53,403 nucleotides of DNA from Caulobacteraceae bacterium (GTDB taxonomy: Bacteria > Pseudomonadota > Alphaproteobacteria > Caulobacterales > Caulobacteraceae): positions 1 through 53,403 of the forward strand of contig DASVVG010000187.1 in NCBI GenBank assembly GCA_036386655.1, given 5' to 3'. Position 1 is the first letter of the stretch. Each line of letters starts with the position of its first letter. The translations under genes were made by a program, and so were the position numbers. The notes beneath the pieces were generated by a model. The model had not been told where the DNA came from. It worked only from the letters and a program-made list of their open reading frames with translations, and searched no databases. Shown here one piece after another: positions 8,846 to 17,776 of this stretch.

Positions 8846-10035
8846 TCCTCGTCGTACTCGCCCACGCCGGGGCGGGAGAAGCGCAGGACGAGCCAGCCGA
8901 GGAGCCCCGAGAGCAGCGACCCCACCAGGACGCCGAGCTTCACCGCGTCCTGCTCTTCGGGGAGCTTGAAGGCGAGCAGGCCGATGAACAGGCTCATGGT
9001 GAAGCCGATGCCGCAGAGGAGGGACACGCCGTAGAGCTGCTTCCACGTGGCGTTCGCGGGCAGGTCCGCCCATCCCGCCTTGATCACCACCCACGAGGAC
9101 GCGAACACGCCCAGCTGCTTGCCGAGGAACAGCGCCGCGGCGATGCCGAGCGGCACCGGCGCCAGCAGGTCCCCGAAGGACACGCCCGCGAGCGACACGC
9201 CCGCGTTCGCGAAGCCGAAGATCGGAACCACGGCGAAGGCGACCCACGGCGCCAGCGAATGCTCCAGCCTGTGGCAGGGGGACTCCATGTTGTCCGGAGC
9301 CGCCCGAGACACGCGCAGCGGAATGGTGAGCGCCAGCAGCACCCCAGCCAGCGTGGCGTGCACGCCGGACTGCAGGAAGAACACCCACAGCGCCGCGCCG
9401 AGCAGCATGTAGGCCCCGAGGCGCTGCACCCGCATGCGGTTCAGCCACACGAGAAGACCCATCACGATCGCCGCCGCGCCCAGCGCCCAGAACGACAGAT
9501 CGGCCGTGTAGAACAGCGCGATGATGATCACGGCGCCGAGGTCGTCGATGATCGCCAGCGCCGCGAGGAAGATCTTCAGCGAGGTGGGCACGCGCTTGCC
9601 CAGCAGCGAGATCACGCCGAGCGCGAAGGCGATGTCCGTCGCCGCCGGGATCGCCCAGCCGCGCAGCCTGCCGGGGTCCTGCCAGTTGAGGGCGAGGTAG
9701 ATCGCCGCCGGGACGAGCATGCCGCCGGCCGCCGCGACGCCCGGGAGAACCCGGCGCGGCCAGCTCGCCAGCCGGCCGTCCAGCATCTCGCGTTTGATCT
9801 CGAGCCCGACGAACAGGAAGAACACGGCCATCAGGCCGTCGTTGATCCAGTGCTGCAGGGACAGCGGCCCCAGGTAGAGGTGGAGCGCGGAGAAGTACGT
9901 CGCCGCGAGCGGCGAATTGGCGGTGAACAGCGCCAGCGCCGCGGCGCCCATGAGCACGAGTCCGCCCGCGGCCTCGCTGTCGAGGAACTCGCGCAGCACG
10001 GATTTAGGCCGGCGGCCGCGGGTCAGTTCGGTCAC
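8842..10035 (-). CDS. nhaA: Na+/H+ antiporter NhaA
   Basis: 397 aa. The NhaA hallmark segments ..[21 protein letters not shown].. and ..[18 protein letters not shown].. are present. Confidence 0.92.
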   Translation of the reverse strand: MTELTRGRRPKSVLREFLDSEAAGGLVLMGAAALALFTANSPLAATYFSALHLYLGPLSLQHWINDGLMAVFFLFVGLEIKREMLDGRLASWPRRVLPGVAAAGGMLVPAAIYLALNWQDPGRLRGWAIPAATDIAFALGVISLLGKRVPTSLKIFLAALAIIDDLGAVIIIALFYTADLSFWALGAAAIVMGLLVWLNRMRVQRLGAYMLLGAALWVFFLQSGVHATLAGVLLALTIPLRVSRAAPDNMESPCHRLEHSLAPWVAFAVVPIFGFANAGVSLAGVSFGDLLAPVPLGIAAALFLGKQLGVFASSWVVIKAGWADLPANATWKQLYGVSLLCGIGFTMSLFIGLLAFKLPEEQDAVKLGVLVGSLLSGLLGWLVLRFSRPGVGEYDED

Positions 10036-10118
10036 TCAGGTCCCTCGGTCGCGAACGATCCCGTCAGAACCCCGCGACCGCCTCTAGGTTCTGCCTCAAC
10101 TCTCGATTTCAGGCGGCC

Positions 10119-10502
10119 TCAGTGGCCGTGCTTCTCCGCCTCGGCGGCGTCGGCTTCCGCCTTGGTGCGGTGGACGGTGCCCACCGGCTCCTCCGGCGGC
10201 GCATAGATCGTGTAGAGCTTCAGCGGCTCCTGGCCGGTGTTGATGAAGTTGTGCAGCACGCCGGCCGGCACGGAGACGAGGCTGCCCTTGTTGATGGTGC
10301 TCTTCTTGCCGTTCAGCACCGCCTCGCCGGACCCCGCAACGAAGTAGAGGATCTGGTCGCCCTCGTGCGTCTCCTCGCCGATGTCGTCGCCGGGCTCGAC
10401 GCTCATCAGCACGACCTGCGTGTGCTTGTTGGTGATGATCTCGCGGCGGAAGTCGGTGTTCTCGATGGCGTGGCGCGCGATGTCTTCGTTGATGGTGGGC
10501 AT
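10119..10502 (-). CDS. Cupin domain protein
   Basis: 127 aa. Cupin motifs ..GEETHEGDQILYFVAGSGE.. and ..VPAGVLHNFINTG.. are present. SD GAGAGGGA lies 6-7 nt upstream of the ATG. Confidence 0.85.
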   Translation of the reverse strand: MPTINEDIARHAIENTDFRREIITNKHTQVVLMSVEPGDDIGEETHEGDQILYFVAGSGEAVLNGKKSTINKGSLVSVPAGVLHNFINTGQEPLKLYTIYAPPEEPVGTVHRTKAEADAAEAEKHGH

Positions 10503-10536
10503 CGTCGGTCCCTCTCGATGATGGAAGTCTTCCGGA

Positions 10537-10562
10537 AACGGGGCGCCGCCGACCGGGGTTCC
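10537..10562 (-). promoter_or_regulatory. EcfG/SigT-type general stress promoter (perfect GGAAC-N17-CGTT) for the cupin gene
   Basis: The minus strand reads GGAAC-cccggtcggcggcgccc-CGTT and ends 34 nt upstream of the cupin ATG. This matches the published alphaproteobacterial EcfG consensus GGAAC-N16/17-CGTT. Confidence 0.6.
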
Positions 10563-10564
10563 GG

Positions 10565-11962
10565 TCAGGCGGCCTCGCTGCGTTGCGATTGGATATCCAT
10601 GAGCGCGTTCACGAAGACGTCGCGCCAGGCGACGACGTCGTCGCGCGTCACGCCCTCCATCAGCGCCTGCCAGCGGCGCACGCGCTCGTCCTTCTCCATC
10701 GCCAGCGCGCGCTTCAGGGCGTCCGCGACGTCCTCGATGCTGAAGGGGTTCACGATCAGCGCGTCCTTCATCTGGCGCGCCGCCCCCGCGAAGCGGGAGA
10801 GGATGAGCACGCCGGGCTCCGACGGGTCCTGCGCCGCCACGTATTCTTTCGCAACGAGGTTCATGCCGTCACGCAGCGGCGTGACCAGCCCGACCCGCGC
10901 CGCGCGGTACACGCCGGCGAGCTCGTCGCGCCGGTAGCCGCGGTGGACGTAGCGGACGGGCACCCAGTCGACGTCGGCGTACGCGCCGTTGATGCGGCCG
11001 CTGAGCGCCTCCAGCTTGAGCTGGATCTCCTGGTAGCTCTCCAGGTCGGCCCGGCTGGGCGGCGCGATCTGCAGCATGAACACGCCCGTGCGCCGGTCCG
11101 GGTTGTCGGCGAGGAACCGCTCGTACGCGAGGAAGCGGTCCTCGAGCCCCTTGGAGTAATCGAGCCGGTCCACGCCGACGATCATCGAGCGGCCCGCCGC
11201 GCTCTTGCACATCTTCTCGTAGGTGCGGTCCGCCGTCCGGGAGCGGCTTGCCGCGGCGAACTCCTGCGCGTCGATCCCGATGGGATCGGCGATCGCACGC
11301 ACGCTCTTGCCGAAGGCGCGGAACACGCCGGGCGAGACCTCCTCGCCGTCGGCTTCCTTGAGCACGTAGTCGCGGAAGGCGTCGAGCCAGTCCTCGGTGT
11401 GGAAGCCGATCAGGTCGTAGTCGAACAGGCTCTCCACCAGCGCCCGGTGGTTCGGCAGCGTCGCCACCAGCTGATGCGCCGGCCAGGGGATGTGCAGGAA
11501 GAAGCCGATCGCGTTGTCGACGCCGCGCTTCCTCAGCTCACGCGCCATCGGGATAAGGTGGTAGTCGTGGACCCAGACCACGTCCTCGGGGTCGATCAGG
11601 GGGCGGAGCGTGTCCGCGAAACGCCGGTTCACCCGGTCGTACCCCTGGCCGTACGCCCGGTCGTACGCGGCCAGGTCGATGCGGTAGTGAAACAGCGGCC
11701 AGAGCGTGCGGTTGGCGTAGCCGTTGTAGTATTCCTGGAAGTCGTGCTCCTCGAGGTCGACGGTCGCTACCGTGACCCCGCCGACGCGCTGCATGTTGAG
11801 CAGGCCGGTGAACTTCTCGGTCGTCTGGCCGCTCCAGCCGAACCATATCCCCTTGTATTCCCTGAGGGCCGCGGCCAGCGCCATGGCCAGGCCGCCGGTC
11901 GAGGCGGCCCCGGCCTTCGCCGGCGGGCTCACGCGGTTGGAGACCACGATCAGGCGGCTCAT
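10565..11962 (-). CDS. otsA: Trehalose-6-phosphate synthase OtsA (GT20)
   Basis: Internal ATG (MSRLIVVSNRVS..) overlaps the GH15 stop (ATGA). GT20 hallmarks ..GIWFGWSG.., ..VWVHDYHL.. and ..LRDGMNLVAKEY.. are present. The upstream 200 codons of the track ORF are Arg/Pro-rich and overlap the GH15 gene. Confidence 0.9.
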   Translation of the reverse strand: MSRLIVVSNRVSPPAKAGAASTGGLAMALAAALREYKGIWFGWSGQTTEKFTGLLNMQRVGGVTVATVDLEEHDFQEYYNGYANRTLWPLFHYRIDLAAYDRAYGQGYDRVNRRFADTLRPLIDPEDVVWVHDYHLIPMARELRKRGVDNAIGFFLHIPWPAHQLVATLPNHRALVESLFDYDLIGFHTEDWLDAFRDYVLKEADGEEVSPGVFRAFGKSVRAIADPIGIDAQEFAAASRSRTADRTYEKMCKSAAGRSMIVGVDRLDYSKGLEDRFLAYERFLADNPDRRTGVFMLQIAPPSRADLESYQEIQLKLEALSGRINGAYADVDWVPVRYVHRGYRRDELAGVYRAARVGLVTPLRDGMNLVAKEYVAAQDPSEPGVLILSRFAGAARQMKDALIVNPFSIEDVADALKRALAMEKDERVRRWQALMEGVTRDDVVAWRDVFVNALMDIQSQRSEAA

Positions 11963-13767
11963 CGCACCGAACTCCAGGGGCGGCTGAGCAGTACCGCGCA
12001 GTTTATCAGGCCGACAAGCGAGTAGGTCTGGGGGTAGTTCCCCCACAGCCGGCCGTCGTCGAGGCCGATGTCTTCGCTGAGCAGGCCCGCGCTGGTGCGG
12101 CGCTCGAGCATCTCCTCGAACAGGGCGCGCGCCTCTTCGGTGCGGCCGGCGAGGTGCAGCGCCTCGATGAACCAGAAGGTGCAGAAGTTGAACGCGGTCT
12201 CGGGTTCGCCGAAGTCGTCGGGCTCGACGTAGCGCATGAGGTAGGGGCCGCGGCGGAGGTCGCGCTCGATCGCCTCGAACGTGGTCCGGAAGCGGGGGTC
12301 GTCGGGCGCGAGGAAGCGCAGGTCCACCATCTGGAGCAGGGAGGCGTCGAGTTCCTCGCCGTCGAAGCTGGCGGCGAAGCGGCCCTGCGCCTCGACCCAC
12401 GCGCTCTCCTCGATCTTCTTGCGGATGCGCTGCGCACGCTCGCGCCAGTGGGCGGCGCGGTCGTCGAGCCCGAGCTTCTCCGCCGCCTTGGTGAGCCGGT
12501 CGCAGGCGGCCCAGCACATCACCGCCGAATAGGTGTGCACCCGCGCGATGGTGCGGAACTCCCACAAGCCCGCGTCCGGCTGGTCGTGCATGGCGAAGGC
12601 GCGCTCGCCCACCGCCTCCAGCGCGCGGAAGTCGTCGACGTCCGACGGGCGGAACAGGCGCTCGTCGAAGAACGCCTGCACGGCCGACAGCACCACCTGT
12701 CCGTACACGTCGTGCTGCAGGTGCTCGTGCGCCTGGTTGCCGGCGCGGACGGGCCCCATGCCGCGGAAGCCGGGGAGGGTCTCGACGGTGCGCTCGCCCA
12801 GCGCCGGCTCGAGGCCGACGCCGTAGAGCGGCTGGATGTGGCCGCCCTTCGCCTCGTCGACGATGTTGCGCAGGTAGCCGAGGTAGCCCTCAAGGATTTC
12901 GACCGCGCCCAGCCGGTTCAGCGCCTGCACCACGTAGTACGCGTCGCGCAGCCAGCAGTAGCGGTAGTCCCAGTTGCGGCCGCTGTGCGCGAACTCGGGC
13001 ACCGAGGTGGTCAGCGCGGCGACGACCGCGCCGGTCTCCTCGTAGACGCAGAGCTTCAGCGCGATGGCGGCGCGGATCACCGCGGTCTGCCATTCGAGCG
13101 GCACGGCCAGCGTGCGCACCCACTCGCGCCAGTCGCCGACGGTCTCCTCCAGCATGGTGCGGACGGAGCCCAGCACGTCGCCGACGAACGGCTCGTCGGG
13201 GCCCAGGAAGAAGGCGAGAGGGCCCTCCAGGCGGAAGGTGCGCTGCTCGACGACATGGGAGACGGGCGCGTTGGTGGTCAATCGCAACGTGGCGCCGGTG
13301 TTCAGGTAACGGACGTGGTTGGAGCCGGAGGTGCACTCCGCCTCGCGCGCGCCCCAGTCGCTGGCGGCGCGCAGCCGCATGCGCACGCGCGGGGCCCCGC
13401 CCATCGGCCGGATGATCCGCGCGAAGGCGACCGGCTTGTACGTGCGGCCCGAACGGCGGAAGCGGGGGCAGAAGTCGAGGATCTCGACCGCCGCGCCGGA
13501 GGTGTCGCGCAGGACGGTGCGCAGGACCGCGGTGTTGCGCACGTAGGACTGCTTCACGGAGGCGAAGTTCTCCACGTCGACGGCCCAAACGCCTGGGACG
13601 TCACCGGCGGGGTCCTCGCCGCCGAGCAAGGCGCTGAACACCGGGTCGCCGTCCACGCGCGGGACGCAGCCCCAGACGAAGCGGCCCATCGGGTCGATGA
13701 GCGCGCTGACCGCGCAGTTGCCGATCGGCGAGAGATCGAGGTGGCCCCAGGGCTCGGCCTGGGTCAC
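11959..13767 (-). CDS. Glycoside hydrolase family 15 protein (glucoamylase/trehalase-like)
   Basis: GTG start overlaps the otsB stop (GTGA). The N-terminus ..LDLSPIGNCAVSALIDPMGRFVWGCVPRVDGDPVF.. and the (alpha/alpha)6 region ..WDYRYCWLRDA.. are typical of GH15. Confidence 0.85.
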   Translation of the reverse strand: MTQAEPWGHLDLSPIGNCAVSALIDPMGRFVWGCVPRVDGDPVFSALLGGEDPAGDVPGVWAVDVENFASVKQSYVRNTAVLRTVLRDTSGAAVEILDFCPRFRRSGRTYKPVAFARIIRPMGGAPRVRMRLRAASDWGAREAECTSGSNHVRYLNTGATLRLTTNAPVSHVVEQRTFRLEGPLAFFLGPDEPFVGDVLGSVRTMLEETVGDWREWVRTLAVPLEWQTAVIRAAIALKLCVYEETGAVVAALTTSVPEFAHSGRNWDYRYCWLRDAYYVVQALNRLGAVEILEGYLGYLRNIVDEAKGGHIQPLYGVGLEPALGERTVETLPGFRGMGPVRAGNQAHEHLQHDVYGQVVLSAVQAFFDERLFRPSDVDDFRALEAVGERAFAMHDQPDAGLWEFRTIARVHTYSAVMCWAACDRLTKAAEKLGLDDRAAHWRERAQRIRKKIEESAWVEAQGRFAASFDGEELDASLLQMVDLRFLAPDDPRFRTTFEAIERDLRRGPYLMRYVEPDDFGEPETAFNFCTFWFIEALHLAGRTEEARALFEEMLERRTSAGLLSEDIGLDDGRLWGNYPQTYSLVGLINCAVLLSRPWSSVR

Positions 13768-14510
13768 GCCGCCGCCTCCAGTCCCGCCAGCCGCGCCAGC
13801 CAGGCGCGCGCCGCCGCGACGTCGCGAAGCCGGAAACGCGCGCGGGTGGGCTCGCGCGGACCGACGATGACGCCGTGGCCGCCCATCGCCCGCACCGCCG
13901 CGAAGCCGTCCTCGTCGGTCAGGTCGTCGCCGAGGAACACGGGGGTGGCTCCCGCGAAGGGGGGCTCCTCCATGAAGGCCTTCAGGGCCTGGCCCTTGCC
14001 GCCGCCGGGCGCGCGCAACTCGCGCACCATCGAGCCCGGCTGGACCCGCAGGTCGTGGTGCTGGGCCAAAGCCTGGGCCATCTGCTCGGCGTCCTCGGCG
14101 TGCTCGGGGGCCTGGCGGTAGTGCAGCGCGATGCCGAGGCCTTTGTCCTCGACCAGCACGCCGGGTCGGCGGGCGGCGAAGGCCTCCATGACTCCCCGGG
14201 CGGCGTAGAGGCCCTCCGGCGGGTCCGGGCGAGCGAGGTCGCCGCCGGGGCCGCGCCGTTCCAGGCCGTGAACGCCGGCCACGGCCCGGGCGTGACCTGC
14301 GGTGATGCGGTCGATGTCGGCGATGGTGCGGCCGCTCAGCACGGCGAGGCGGCCGCCCGATTGCTGGTGGAGGGCGTCGAGGATGGCCCACAGCTCGTCG
14401 TCGCCGCTCACCTGCTCGGGCGTCGGCGCAATGGGCGCGAGGGTGCCGTCGAGATCAAGGAAAAGGGCGACCTCGTCGAGGGCGAGGGCGGGCGGCGGGG
14501 GAAGCGGCAT
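13764..14510 (-). CDS. otsB: Trehalose-phosphatase OtsB
   Basis: HAD motif I is [11 protein letters not shown], and ..[12 protein letters not shown].. is motif IV. I prefer the ATG at 14510 ([22 protein letters not shown]..). The track start is the GTG at 14558, which would leave only 11 nt to the divergent gene. Confidence 0.85.
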   Translation of the reverse strand: MPLPPPPALALDEVALFLDLDGTLAPIAPTPEQVSGDDELWAILDALHQQSGGRLAVLSGRTIADIDRITAGHARAVAGVHGLERRGPGGDLARPDPPEGLYAARGVMEAFAARRPGVLVEDKGLGIALHYRQAPEHAEDAEQMAQALAQHHDLRVQPGSMVRELRAPGGGKGQALKAFMEEPPFAGATPVFLGDDLTDEDGFAAVRAMGGHGVIVGPREPTRARFRLRDVAAARAWLARLAGLEAAA

Positions 14511-14521
14511 CTGGAGCCCAC

Positions 14522-14548
14522 GGAACGCGGCCGGAGCGCGGGGGTTCA
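14522..14548. promoter_or_regulatory. Quasi-palindromic EcfG-like element that reads as a promoter on both strands
   Basis: Plus strand: GGAAC-N16-GGTT, towards the FAD/Rieske gene (ATG at 14570). Minus strand, same bases: TGAAC-N16-CGTT, towards otsB (ATG at 14510). Each has one mismatch to GGAAC-N16-CGTT. Confidence 0.4.
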
Positions 14549-14569
14549 AAGCAGGCACGTGAGTACCCC

Positions 14570-16102
14570 ATGAACGCCCTCGACGAACATAGCCGCTCGC
14601 TCTGGATGGACGTGGAGCCGGTCCGGGCCCCCGCCCTGGCGGAGTCGCTCGAGACCGACGTGGTGATCGTGGGGGCCGGGATCGCGGGGCTTTCGACCGC
14701 CTACGAGTTGGTCCGGGCGGGGAAGCGGGTCGTGGTGCTCGACCGCGGCGCGATCGCGGGCGGCATGACGGCGCGGACGAGCGCGCACCTCGCGTTCGAG
14801 ATGGACGACTACTACGAGGCGCTGATCCGCCTGCGCGGCGAGGCCGAGGCGCGGCAGTACTTCCAGAGCCAGTCGGCCGCCGTCGACCGCATCGAGCAGA
14901 TCGTCCACGCGGAGGGGATCGCCTGCGACTTCGCGCGGGTGGACGGCTACCTCGCGGTGGCCGACGTCGGCGACGCCGACCTGCTCGACCGGGAGTACGA
15001 GGCTTGCGTCTCGGTCGGGCTGAACGTGGCGTGGGCCGACGCCGCCCCGCTGGAAGGCGCGGACACCGGCGCGTGCCTGCGCTTTCCGCAGCAGGCGCGC
15101 TTCCATCCGCTGAAATACTGCCGGGCCTTGGCGGAGTGCGTGCGGCGCCATGGCGGCCTGCTGTTCGCCGACACGGCGGTGGTGTCGGTGGCGGAGGAGG
15201 GCGAGCGCGTCACGGTCACGACGGAGGCGGGGCCCGTGGTCACGGCCGCGGCGGCGGTGGTGGCGAGCAACACGCCCGTGGACGCGGGGCCGAACATCCA
15301 CACCAAGCAGGCGCCGTTCCGCACCTTCGTCTTCGCCGCTCGCGTGCCGAAGGGCGGCGCGGAGGACATCCTGTTCTGGGATACGGGCGAGCCCTACCAC
15401 TACGTACGCCTGCAACCCGGCGAGACCGAGGACCTGCTGATCGTGGGGGGCGAGGACTTCAAGACCGGGCACCACGTCGACGTCCCGGAGCGCTTCGAGC
15501 GGCTGGAGGCCTGGGCGCGCATCCGATGGCCGCAGATGGGGGACGTCACGCACCGGTGGTCGGGGCAGGTGTTCGAGCCCGCCGACAAGGCCCCCTTCAT
15601 CGGCAGGAACGGCACGGACCGGAACATCTTCACCGTCACCGGCGACTCCGGGGAGGGCCTGACCACCGGCGTGGCCGCGTCGCTGATTCTCAGCGACCTG
15701 ATCCAGGGGCGCGAAAACCCCTGGACCGACGTCTACAACCCGGAGCGGAAGACGCTGAAGCCGTCCGCTGTCGGGGAGTTCCTCAAGGAGAACCTGGACG
15801 TCGCCAGCCAGCTCGTCGGGCACGTCACGGGCGGCGAGGTGGAGTCCACCGACGCGATCGCGCGGGGCGAGGGGGCTCTGGTGCGTCTCAACGGGGCGAA
15901 GGTGGCCGCCTTCCGGGACCGAAACGGCGAGCTGCATCTGCGATCGGCGGTATGCACGCACATGGGGTGCGTGGTGCGCTTCAACAGCTTCGAAGAGTGC
16001 TGGGACTGCCCGTGCCACGGCTCGCAGTTCAGCGTCGACGGCGAGGTTCTGAACGGCCCCGCCGTGCGTCCGCTGGAAGCTGTGGAGCCCGCCGGCGGCT
16101 AG
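14570..16102 (+). CDS. FAD-dependent oxidoreductase fused to a C-terminal Rieske [2Fe-2S] domain
   Basis: The N-terminal dinucleotide fold is [17 protein letters not shown]. The C-terminal Rieske ligands are CTHMGC..(17 aa)..CPCHGS. Confidence 0.85.
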   Translation: MNALDEHSRSLWMDVEPVRAPALAESLETDVVIVGAGIAGLSTAYELVRAGKRVVVLDRGAIAGGMTARTSAHLAFEMDDYYEALIRLRGEAEARQYFQSQSAAVDRIEQIVHAEGIACDFARVDGYLAVADVGDADLLDREYEACVSVGLNVAWADAAPLEGADTGACLRFPQQARFHPLKYCRALAECVRRHGGLLFADTAVVSVAEEGERVTVTTEAGPVVTAAAAVVASNTPVDAGPNIHTKQAPFRTFVFAARVPKGGAEDILFWDTGEPYHYVRLQPGETEDLLIVGGEDFKTGHHVDVPERFERLEAWARIRWPQMGDVTHRWSGQVFEPADKAPFIGRNGTDRNIFTVTGDSGEGLTTGVAASLILSDLIQGRENPWTDVYNPERKTLKPSAVGEFLKENLDVASQLVGHVTGGEVESTDAIARGEGALVRLNGAKVAAFRDRNGELHLRSAVCTHMGCVVRFNSFEECWDCPCHGSQFSVDGEVLNGPAVRPLEAVEPAGG

Positions 16103-16608
16103 TGCGCCGGCCCGCCGAAGCGGATCTCCTCGTGGATGCCCGGGTCGGGCGTGGTCTTGGTCGTGTTCGCCTTGAGGATGTCGAGCCCGAACCGCACCGA
16201 CCCCTTCTCGTTGATCCAGACCTCGCCGCTGTCCGGCTTCAGGTGCAGCAGGGTTAGCTTCGGATCGTCCCGGCCCTCAGGGTACCAGGCCGCCACCACG
16301 GGGTTCCAGAACTTGTCCATCCGCGCGGGGTCGTCGTGCCGGTGCATCTGGCCGCCGATGCAGGCCCACAGCGAGTGTCCCTTGTCGACGAAGGTGAACA
16401 TGGCGTGGGCGCCGTCGGCCGCCGCCTGCGCGAGGTCGGTGTCGCGGTAGGTGAAGAACCAGAGGCTCTTCGTCTCCTCTTCCCAGAAGGCGGTCATCGG
16501 CTGGTAGTGGCCGGACTCGCCGCCGACCAGGCCCAGCATGCCGATGCGGTCGTCCTCGATCGCCTTGATCAGCTTGCGTTCGGCTTCGGTCCCAGCCGCG
16601 TGCGCCAT
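16099..16608 (-). CDS. Pyridoxamine 5'-phosphate oxidase family / general stress protein 26-like
   Basis: 169 aa with ..[32 protein letters not shown].., as in the split-barrel PNPOx/GSP26 family. SD GGAGG lies 8 nt upstream. Confidence 0.8.
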   Translation of the reverse strand: MAHAAGTEAERKLIKAIEDDRIGMLGLVGGESGHYQPMTAFWEEETKSLWFFTYRDTDLAQAAADGAHAMFTFVDKGHSLWACIGGQMHRHDDPARMDKFWNPVVAAWYPEGRDDPKLTLLHLKPDSGEVWINEKGSVRFGLDILKANTTKTTPDPGIHEEIRFGGPAH

Positions 16609-16635
16609 AGTCCATCCTCCACGTGACGGAGGCAG

Positions 16636-16661
16636 AACCCGTCCGAAGGGGGAGGGGTTCC
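16636..16661 (-). promoter_or_regulatory. EcfG/SigT-type promoter candidate (GGAAC-N17-GGTT) for the PNPOx/GSP26 gene
   Basis: The minus strand reads GGAAC-ccctcccccttcggacg-GGTT and ends 27 nt upstream of the ATG at 16608. The GTT spacing is the same as in the perfect cupin promoter. Confidence 0.5.
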
Positions 16662-16663
16662 GG

Positions 16664-17776
16664 TCAGAAGCCCGCGAGGCGCGCGTACCGGTCCCGATGC
16701 CAGGCGCTCGATCCGTAGAGCGCCTCCGCCGTGCGAGCGCGCTTCAGGTAGAAGCCGGCCTCGTGCTCGTCGGTCATGCCGATGCCGCCGTGCATCTGCA
16801 CCATCTCGTTGCTGACGAGGTGGAGAACGTCGTTGGCCTTCGCCTTCGCCAGCGAAGCCAGCAGCGGCAGGTCGGGTGCCCCTGCGTCCACCGCCGCGGC
16901 GGCCGCCTCGACGCACGAGCGCGCCAGCTCCAGCTGGGTGAACATCTGCGCGGCCCGGTGCTGCAGCGCCTGGAAGCCGCCGATCAGTTGGCCGAACTGC
17001 GTGCGCGTCTTGAGGTAGGCGAGGGTGATCTCGAACGCCTCCGCCGCCGAGCCCAGCATCTCCGCCGCGAGCGCGACGCGGGCGCGGTCGAGCACCGCCT
17101 CCAGCACCGGCCTGCCGGCGCCGACCTCGCCCAGCACGGCGTCGTCGGCGAGCGCTGCGTCGAAGCGCACGTCGGCCCAGCCGCGGCTGTCGGCCATCCG
17201 GCGGGGCGTCGCGCTCGCCGCGTCCGCCGGGACGAGGAACAGCGTGATTGCGTCGGGCTCGCCCGCGCCCCGGGCTGCGACGATGAACAGGTCCGCGTCG
17301 CCGCCTTCGGGCACGAACCGCTTCTCGCCGGCCAGCCGCCAGCCGCCGTCGGCCGGTTCGGCCAGGAGGGCGATCCGCTCCGGCGCGTGGTGCGGTCCCT
17401 CCTCGACGGCCAGCGCGACCACGGCCTCGCCGCTGGCGATCCTAGGCAGCCACGCCGCCTGCTGGGCTTCCGACCCCGCCAGCGTCAGCGCGCTCGCGCC
17501 GATCACCGCCGTGGAGAGCAGCGGCGACGCGGTCAGCGTCCGCCCCGTCTCCGCGAGCACGAGCGCCAGTGCGGAGAAGCCGAAGTCGGAGCCGCCGTGC
17601 GCCTCGGGCACGAGCACGCCGGTCCAGCCCATCTGCCCCATCTCGGCCCAGAGCGCGGGATCGAAGCCGCGTCCGTCGCCGCTGTCGCGCAGCCGGCGAA
17701 GCGCCGCGACGGGGCTGCGCTCGCGCGCCCAGTCGCGGGCGGCGTCCCGCGGCATCTGCTGCTCTTCCGTTAGCAT
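16664..17776 (-). CDS. Acyl-CoA dehydrogenase family protein
   Basis: Internal ATG (MLTEEQQMPRDAARDWA..) shares one base with the upstream stop (TGATG). The ACAD fold is visible throughout, and the C-terminus is ..HGGIGMTDEHEAGFYLKRA.. Confidence 0.88.
   Translation of the reverse strand: MLTEEQQMPRDAARDWARERSPVAALRRLRDSGDGRGFDPALWAEMGQMGWTGVLVPEAHGGSDFGFSALALVLAETGRTLTASPLLSTAVIGASALTLAGSEAQQAAWLPRIASGEAVVALAVEEGPHHAPERIALLAEPADGGWRLAGEKRFVPEGGDADLFIVAARGAGEPDAITLFLVPADAASATPRRMADSRGWADVRFDAALADDAVLGEVGAGRPVLEAVLDRARVALAAEMLGSAAEAFEITLAYLKTRTQFGQLIGGFQALQHRAAQMFTQLELARSCVEAAAAAVDAGAPDLPLLASLAKAKANDVLHLVSNEMVQMHGGIGMTDEHEAGFYLKRARTAEALYGSSAWHRDRYARLAGF

Noticed and set aside
10065-10093. Inverted repeat CAGAACC-N15-GGTTCTG between the cupin gene and nhaA, which reads AGAAC-N16-GGTT on both strands
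   Set aside because: It is ambiguous. It could be a weak cupin terminator (7-bp stem, 15-nt loop) or a degenerate EcfG-like promoter for nhaA. The -35 element has a mismatch at a conserved G and the element is symmetric, so I do not call either.
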